A stretch of DNA of 64,000 nucleotides from Candidatus Spongiisociaceae bacterium (lineage in GTDB: Bacteria > Actinomycetota > Acidimicrobiia > Spongiisociales > Spongiisociaceae), in NCBI GenBank assembly GCA_965262915.1, contig OZ253564.1, positions 4,960,001 to 5,024,000 on the forward strand. Reading direction: 5' to 3'. Shown piece after piece: positions 58,104-64,000 of this stretch. Both the position numbers and the translations under genes were made by a program. How positions within the stretch are numbered: position 1 is the stretch's first letter; the number at the start of each line of letters is the position of its first letter. Under the pieces are notes generated by a model. That model saw nothing but the letters and a program-made list of their open reading frames with translations, had not been told where the DNA came from and ran no database searches.

Positions 58104-58606
58104 TGCTCATCCTCCGTCCCCCACATCCGCCGGGCCCGGGCCGAGGCGCTCCCGGCAGTGTCACGCACCGTTGTGCCCACCGCATCGATCAGGGACCCGA
58201 AGGCGTGGTTGGCCCCGGTGCGTATCTCGGGGTCGTTGACGGTCGTGACCCGTGGTCTGTCTGTGAAACGGCGGCGTGGTATGCGTCGGCAGCGGCGTGC
58301 CCCCCAAGGCCCACCGACGAAGGCGTACCCGCAGCGGTACGTCGAGGAGGCGGAACGCAGCGAGAGGCGTCGATGGCAAGCAGAGCACGGCAAGTCGTTT
58401 TGTAGACAGACCACCAACGCTTGGCCCAGGCCTTGTGCGGCGGTCGCGAAGCCCGCCCAGGCTCGGCGGATCTCCTCTCTCGTGGCGCTGTCCCGGTCCT
58501 CGAGATCGTCGAACCCCGAGCGCAGCCGATCGCCCAGTTCCGTAAAGCCGGACGCTACCCGCCCCCAAGAACCTTCGGACCTGCTGTCGTCCCCGTCGTC
58601 GGCCAT
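58100..58606 (-). CDS. Hypothetical helical protein carrying an in-frame MITE insertion
   Basis: GGAG RBS; helical N- and C-parts flank an unrelated 55-aa insert. Confidence 0.65.
   Translation of the reverse strand: MADDGDDSRSEGSWGRVASGFTELGDRLRSGFDDLEDRDSATREEIRRAWAGFATAAQGLGQALVVCLQNDLPCSACHRRLSLRSASSTYRCGYAFVGGPWGARRCRRIPRRRFTDRPRVTTVNDPEIRTGANHAFGSLIDAVGTTVRDTAGSASARARRMWGTEDEQ
58252..58414. mobile_element. MITE with ~19-bp terminal inverted repeats
   Basis: GTGGTCTGTCTGTGAAACG ... CGTTTTGTAGACAGACCAC. Confidence 0.8.
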
Positions 58607-58706
58607 GTGATTCTCCACTTGCTCGATACTACCTGCGAACTCCCCACCGGTGAGCAGCGGATAGGCGGAGCGCGCTCGCCCCTGTAGTCATTCCGATGCG
58701 GCTGCC

Positions 58707-58819
58707 GGTCCTGGGAGAATGCCGAAAAACGGGCAAATGGTTGGCCCGTCGTCCGCTGACGTGGCACTTTGTCATCGACCGTCGGGCCGCCGCGGGTTTT
58801 CTCAGTATTCTCCTGGACC
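58707..58819. repeat. Intergenic MITE-like/hairpin element, copy 2
   Basis: TIRs GGTCCTGGGAGAATGCCGAAAAAC / GTTTTCTCAGTATTCTCCTGGACC; core shared with 7333-7437. Confidence 0.82.
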
Positions 58820-58907
58820 CCCAGGTCATCGCAGTCGCCTCTTCAACTGTCGCAGCCCGTGTCTCCCCAGGTGAGCACATGTCCGCGCACCCTCTAACAT
58901 CGTTGAG

Positions 58908-59774
58908 GTGAACCTCCACCTGCTCGACGCCACCTACGAGCTCTTCCGCGCCTACTTCGGCTATCCCAAGCGGAAGGCTCCCGACGGAACGGAGGTGGGC
59001 GCCGTGTACGGCATCATCGAGACGACGCTGCGGCTGCTCAGGCAGGACGGCGTCACCCATCTGGCGGCGGCGACCGACGCGGTCGTCGAATCGTTCCGCA
59101 ACGATCTGTTCGACGGCTACAAGACGGGGCAAGGCACTCCGCCGGACTTAATGGCCCAGTTCAGGCCGGCCGAAGAAGCACTCGAGACCATCGGCGTAAC
59201 GGTGTGGGCGATGCATGAGTTCGAGGCGGACGACGCCCTGGCCGCCGCCGCCCTCCGGTGGGTCGACGAGGTGGACAAGGTGGTGATCCTCAGCCCTGAC
59301 AAGGACCTTATGCAGTGTGTGATCGGTGACCGCGTCGTGACATACAACCGGCGCGCCCGCAAGCAGTATGACGAGGCAGGCGTGGTCGAGAAGTTCGGGG
59401 TTCTGCCCACGGCCATCCCCGACTACCTCGCCCTGGTGGGGGACAGCGCGGACGGCATACCGGGAATCGCCGGGTGGGGCGCCAAGTCGACCTCGACGGT
59501 CCTGGCCCGGTATGTCCGGATCGAGCGCATACCCCGGTCGCCCGGTAGCTGGGACGTGGCGGTGCGGGGTGCGGCGCGCCTGTCGGCCAATCTCGAGGCA
59601 GCCCGGACGGAGGCCCTCCTTTACCGGACGCTCACCACCCTGCGCCGTGACGTGCCGCTGGACGAGTCGCTCGAGGGCCTCGAATGGAAAGGCGCCCACC
59701 GCTCCCGATTCGAGGCCCTCTGCGGACGGCTCGGCTTCCGGGGAATCCTCCAACCGCACCGCTGGGCGGAGTAG
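58908..59774 (+). CDS. 5'-3' exonuclease / flap endonuclease (stand-alone PolI N-domain)
   Basis: LLDATYELFRAY, YKTG, EADD, SPDKDL, LVGDSADGIPG..GWGAK. Confidence 0.92.
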   Translation: MNLHLLDATYELFRAYFGYPKRKAPDGTEVGAVYGIIETTLRLLRQDGVTHLAAATDAVVESFRNDLFDGYKTGQGTPPDLMAQFRPAEEALETIGVTVWAMHEFEADDALAAAALRWVDEVDKVVILSPDKDLMQCVIGDRVVTYNRRARKQYDEAGVVEKFGVLPTAIPDYLALVGDSADGIPGIAGWGAKSTSTVLARYVRIERIPRSPGSWDVAVRGAARLSANLEAARTEALLYRTLTTLRRDVPLDESLEGLEWKGAHRSRFEALCGRLGFRGILQPHRWAE

Positions 59775-59874
59775 ACCGATCGACTCGACCGCGCCCAAGG
59801 GCGAGACGCGGGAAGCTCACCTGGATACCTTGACGTAGGCCGGTTTTTCTGCTCTACTTCCGTTTACACAACGC

Positions 59875-59955
59875 GCTCATCCAGAGCGGTGGAGGGACAG
59901 GCCCTGCGAAGCCGCGGCAACCGTCAAGAGCGGTGCCAATGCCTGATCGATGAGT
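59875..59955 (+). ncRNA. SAM-I (S-box) riboswitch with minimal P4
   Basis: CTCATCCAGAG.GGTGGAGGGACAGGCCC..GAAGCC..GGCAACC...GGTGCCAA...GATGAG; P1 CTCATC/GATGAG; TTGACG -35-like hexamer upstream. Confidence 0.88.
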
Positions 59956-60285
59956 CTGCCGAGGCGGATTCCCGCTCGCGGCGCTCGAGGAGCGCGTGAG
60001 AAGCGATAGGAGAACTGCCATATGTACGCCCGGCACCTACCACCCGACTCTCTGCACGGGGACATGTCCTGTCCCGGCTCCCGGGTGCTCCACCCGGGCG
60101 GTTCCGCTAACCGCCCGTAGCGAACGCCACCACCCGGGAGGCACCGGCACCTTTCGGGGTGCGGCGTCCGATCCCCTCCGACCGGCAAGCAAACTGCCCC
60201 CTTGGGGAGCGAGAGCGGGACGAACGGGGATCAGACCAGATCAGACGATCCCAACCACAACCAGACATCAAAGGAGAGACAACCC

Positions 60286-60840
60286 ATGAGCAAAGGTGAG
60301 ATCAACGGAGTCGACACGGCGCACCTGCTGTTCGCCCGGGGAGTGGTCGGAGACACGCCGGCCGCGGGCGAGTACACATGGAGGGCCTCGAACGAGTGGG
60401 TCCACGGAACGCACAGCAAGACGACGATCGGTGGCTATTTCGGTCTGGGTGAAGAGCGCGACCACAAGGGAACTTACGAGTTCGAAGCAGACCATCCTCT
60501 GGAGTTCAACGCCGGGGACAACGCCGCCACTCCCGTCGAGATCGTGCTCGCCGGTTTGGCTAGCTGCCTGACCGCCGGTGTGGCTGCGGTGGCCGAGAAC
60601 CGTGAGATCAGGCTGCGTTCGGTAAAGGCAACTCTGGAAGCCGACATGAACATCGGAGGCATCCTCGGAGCGGATCCCGAGGTCAGAAACGGGTTCAACG
60701 ACGTACGCGTGAACTACGAGATCGATGCCGACGACACCAGCGAGTCGGATCTCGAAGCGCTGGTCGCCCAGTCGCAGAAGATTTCGGCGGTGTTCGACAT
60801 CATGACCAACCCCACGAACGTGACGGTCTCGGTCAGCTGA
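60286..60840 (+). CDS. OsmC family protein
   Basis: INGVD, ADHP, PVE.VLAGLASCL, GILG...RNGF; AAGGAG RBS. Confidence 0.88.
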   Translation: MSKGEINGVDTAHLLFARGVVGDTPAAGEYTWRASNEWVHGTHSKTTIGGYFGLGEERDHKGTYEFEADHPLEFNAGDNAATPVEIVLAGLASCLTAGVAAVAENREIRLRSVKATLEADMNIGGILGADPEVRNGFNDVRVNYEIDADDTSESDLEALVAQSQKISAVFDIMTNPTNVTVSVS

Positions 60841-60856
60841 CAAGCGAGATAGAGCG

Positions 60857-62110
60857 GTGCGTACTACCACTGTCGTAATCGGCGCCGGGCATACCGGCCT
60901 GGCGACCAGCTACCTACTCTCCGAGCGTTCCATCGATCACGTGGTCCTCGAGCGGGGGGAAGTAGCCAACACGTGGCGGACGGAGCGATGGGACTCGCTC
61001 CGTCTGCTCACGCCCAACTGGCAGACCACTTTGCCCGGCTTCGCATACGATGGGGACGATCCCGACGGTTTCATGACCATGACGGAGGTTGTGGATTTCA
61101 TGGACCGCTACGCACGGGTGGTGGACCCACCTCTGCATACCCTCACCACGGTCACCTCCGTACGGAAGGACGGCGACGGCTACGAGGTGGTGACGGATCG
61201 CGGAGTTTGGTCGTGTCGATCGGTGGTGCTGGCAACCGGCGGGTTCAATCTGCCCAAGGTGCCTCCCATCGCCGCGGCCCTTCCGACCTCGGTCGATTCG
61301 GTGACCCCGCTCAACTACCGCCGCCCGTCGGATCTTCGGGAGGGCGGCGTGCTGGTGGTGGGAGTCTCGGCCACCGGTGTGCAGCTCGCCGACGAGATCC
61401 ACCGTTCCGGGCGTCCGGTGACGGTATCGGTGGGCGAGCATGTACGCATGCCCCGGGTCTACCGCGGGAAGGACATCCGCTACTGGATGGATGTCACCGG
61501 CCTCTCCGACGAGCGCTACGACGAGGTGGACGACATCCTGAGGGCCCGCACCGTTCCCTCCCCGCAGCTGGTCGGGACACCGGAGCGGCTGACGCTCGAC
61601 CTTAACGCCCTGACCGACCGAGGTGTGCACATGGTGGGCCGGCTGGCCGGGATCCGGAACGGGAAGGCCCAGCTATCGGGATCCCTCCACAACAAGTGCA
61701 ACCGTTCCGACCTCAAGATGGGTCGGCTTCTCACCACCATCGACGAGTGGGTCACCGAGAACGGCTTGGACGCCGGATTCGACCCTCCCCATCGCTTCGA
61801 TCGGACCCGTGTCGAGAAGTCGCCACCCTTGGGTCTCGATCTGGCGAACGGAACGATCAAGACCGTCGTCTGGGCCACCGGCTACCGGCCGGACTACTCG
61901 TGGCTGCACGTTCCGGTGCTCGACCACAAGGGCCGCCTCCGCCACGACGGAGGGATCATCACGGACTCGCCCGGGATGTACAGGATCGGATTGAACTTCC
62001 TCCGCCGGCGCAAGTCGAGCTTCATCCACGGCGCCGAGGACGACGCTGGTGACCTGGTCGACCATCTGGCTGCCCACCTGTCCGCCCGAGTACCGGTCAG
62101 GAGCGGATAG
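60857..62110 (+). CDS. Flavin-dependent monooxygenase / NAD(P)-FAD oxidoreductase
   Basis: VIGAGHTG, WRTERWDSLRLLTPNW, VLVVG...TG.Q, WATGY. Confidence 0.88.
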   Translation: MRTTTVVIGAGHTGLATSYLLSERSIDHVVLERGEVANTWRTERWDSLRLLTPNWQTTLPGFAYDGDDPDGFMTMTEVVDFMDRYARVVDPPLHTLTTVTSVRKDGDGYEVVTDRGVWSCRSVVLATGGFNLPKVPPIAAALPTSVDSVTPLNYRRPSDLREGGVLVVGVSATGVQLADEIHRSGRPVTVSVGEHVRMPRVYRGKDIRYWMDVTGLSDERYDEVDDILRARTVPSPQLVGTPERLTLDLNALTDRGVHMVGRLAGIRNGKAQLSGSLHNKCNRSDLKMGRLLTTIDEWVTENGLDAGFDPPHRFDRTRVEKSPPLGLDLANGTIKTVVWATGYRPDYSWLHVPVLDHKGRLRHDGGIITDSPGMYRIGLNFLRRRKSSFIHGAEDDAGDLVDHLAAHLSARVPVRSG

Positions 62111-62220
62111 GCGGAAACCGAGCCCGCACCGATCCCGGTGGCGGGCCGCGGGCGTGATCGGCGTCGGTTCCCCCGCTCCTAGCCTGGACCGGAACCCGTC
62201 GGCGGCCCGTTGACTTCAGA

Positions 62221-63639
62221 TCACCCGGATGCCAGGTATTCCCGTACGGAAGCGGCGGCTGCATTGGCGCCGCACATGCCGTGGACGCCGGGACCGGGTG
62301 GGGTGGCCGCCGAGCAAAGGTACACGCCCGGAAGGCCCGTCCGGTAAGGGTTCCCGAGCGGGCCGGGACGTCCGAGCAGCCGTCGGAGGGTCTGGGCACC
62401 GGTAGCGATATCCCCGCCCCTGTAGTTCGGGTTGTAGGCCTCCAGTGCGTGCGGCGTTGTTACATGGGAGGCCAGCACGATATCTCGGAACCCGGGTGCG
62501 AAGCGCTCGATCTGGGCCTCCACCCGGTCCTTCACCGACCCCTCGAAGCCCGCCGGGACATGAGTGTACGTCCACAGGGTGTGCTTGCCGGCCGGGGCTC
62601 GCGTCGGATCGAAGAGGCTCTGCTGGCCGACGAGCACGAACGGTCGATCCGGCACCGCGCCCGCCTCCACGGCCCTGCCGGTAGCCACCACCTCCGAGTA
62701 GGTGCCGCCCAGGTGGACCACTCCGGCCCGGGCACACTCCCGGGCGGTCCAAGGGACCGGAGCGTCCAGCGCGTAGTCGATCTTGTAGGCGGCCGCGCCC
62801 TGCCGGTACCGGGCGAACCGGCGTCTGGTCGATGCCGGGACAACCCGCTCACCATAGATTTCGAGCAGGCCGGAAGGATGGGTATCGAACAGGACCACGC
62901 GGCTCGCTGGCAGGTCCCCCGGGCCCCGGACCCGGTGATCCAGGCGCACCTCCCCGCCGAGGGACCCCAGATGGTCGGCAAGCGCGGTGGTGATCGCGGA
63001 GGACCCTCCCTCCACGAGCGGCCAACCGCCTACATGGGCCAAAGCGCCGAGCACGATCCCGACCGCGGCCGTCGCCGGGGCGTCCAAGCGGCGCATCCCG
63101 TGAGCGGCCAGACCAGCGAACAGCGCCTTGGTGGGCTGGGCGCGGAACCGCCCGGCGAACAAGGCAGCCGGGAGCGCCCAGGACGCCAGCCGCAGGGGCG
63201 GGAAGGGCCTTGCGGTGACCGGTTCCAGCACGGCAGGAGCCACGGCGGTCCAGTTTTCGACGATAGTCCCAACGGATTGCCGCCATCGGTCACCGTCCCG
63301 CCCGAGACGGTCGCAGGTGGAGTCGAGCGACCTCCACAGCGCGGCCGCGCTGCCATCTTCGAACGGATGTGCGACCTGGACCTCGGGAAGGATCCACCGG
63401 ACACCGAGGCGCTGCATCGGGAGACGACCGAAGAAGGGCGAGGCTATGCCGAGCGGGTGGAAGGCCGAGCAGATGTCGTGGCGGAATCCCGGGAGGGTCA
63501 ACTCCTCGGTACGAGTGCCCCCGCCGATGGTCTCACTCGCCTCGAGCACCACAACGCGGAATCCCTGCTCCGCGACTGCCACCGCCGCCGCCAGGCCGTT
63601 GGGTCCGGACCCGACAACGACGGCATCCCAACGGGCCAT
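62221..63639 (-). CDS. Phytoene desaturase family FAD-dependent oxidoreductase
   Basis: [35 protein letters not shown]. Confidence 0.9.
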   Translation of the reverse strand: MARWDAVVVGSGPNGLAAAVAVAEQGFRVVVLEASETIGGGTRTEELTLPGFRHDICSAFHPLGIASPFFGRLPMQRLGVRWILPEVQVAHPFEDGSAAALWRSLDSTCDRLGRDGDRWRQSVGTIVENWTAVAPAVLEPVTARPFPPLRLASWALPAALFAGRFRAQPTKALFAGLAAHGMRRLDAPATAAVGIVLGALAHVGGWPLVEGGSSAITTALADHLGSLGGEVRLDHRVRGPGDLPASRVVLFDTHPSGLLEIYGERVVPASTRRRFARYRQGAAAYKIDYALDAPVPWTARECARAGVVHLGGTYSEVVATGRAVEAGAVPDRPFVLVGQQSLFDPTRAPAGKHTLWTYTHVPAGFEGSVKDRVEAQIERFAPGFRDIVLASHVTTPHALEAYNPNYRGGDIATGAQTLRRLLGRPGPLGNPYRTGLPGVYLCSAATPPGPGVHGMCGANAAAASVREYLASG

Positions 63640-63641
63640 CC

Positions 63642-64000
63642 TCAGTGGGCGGCCCCGTCCCCTGCCACCGATGGCTCACTGGTCTCCGGAACTGATCGGA
63701 GAACCAGGTAACCGAGGATCCCGGCGATGATCGAGCCCAAGAAGATGCCGATCTTGGCCAGGTCGATGGTCGCCTGGTCCGTGTACGCCAACTCGGCGAT
63801 GAACAGAGCCACGGTGAAGCCCACCCCCGCCAGCATTCCGGTGCCCGTCATGTGCCGCCAGCCGACCCCTGAGGGCAGGCGGCCCCAACCCAGCTTGACC
63901 ACCAGCCAGGCAAAACCCGTCACGCCCACCGTCTTACCGACCACCAAGCCGAGCGCCACGCCGAGCGCGACCCTCGAGGTGACCGAGTCGATCAGGTCTA
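63642..64000 (-). CDS. nhaA: Na+/H+ antiporter NhaA, C-terminal part (truncated by the window edge)
   Basis: [29 protein letters not shown]. Confidence 0.9.
   Translation of the reverse strand, partial: DLIDSVTSRVALGVALGLVVGKTVGVTGFAWLVVKLGWGRLPSGVGWRHMTGTGMLAGVGFTVALFIAELAYTDQATIDLAKIGIFLGSIIAGILGYLVLRSVPETSEPSVAGDGAAH

Overview
High-GC actinobacterial DNA; gene content resembles Acidimicrobiia, which is my inference, not a verified assignment. Housekeeping flanks (about 1-7.3 kb and 42.2-64 kb) enclose a roughly 35-kb decaying accessory region that lies downstream of a tRNA-Lys(TTT) 3' end. That region holds pseudogenes and nested insertion sequences: 2x IS110, 2x ISL3, 2x IS1182, 2x IS3, IS30 and an IS21 remnant. 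The most striking signal is in the two IS110 elements. Their non-coding left ends share a bridge-RNA-like scaffold, but each has different target guides, and these match the stop-codon/3'-end region of the particular ISL3 into which it has inserted. Both IS110 recombinases also carry an extra C-terminal HTH. A 13.2-kb ISL3-bounded unit with an 8-bp TSD splits an IS3 in frame; it carries dead hsdR, fic and vapBC genes plus an intact 4x Cache-domain lipoprotein. Other notable items are an endonuclease IV-PrimPol (LigD Pol) fusion, a MenF-MenD fusion, a tandem RNase H, a SAM-I riboswitch upstream of an OsmC/flavoprotein pair, a duplicated ~410-bp non-coding leader, two MITE-like elements (one inserted in frame in a gene) and a duplicated cold-shock gene. 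All family calls come from motif recognition by eye; no database searches were run.
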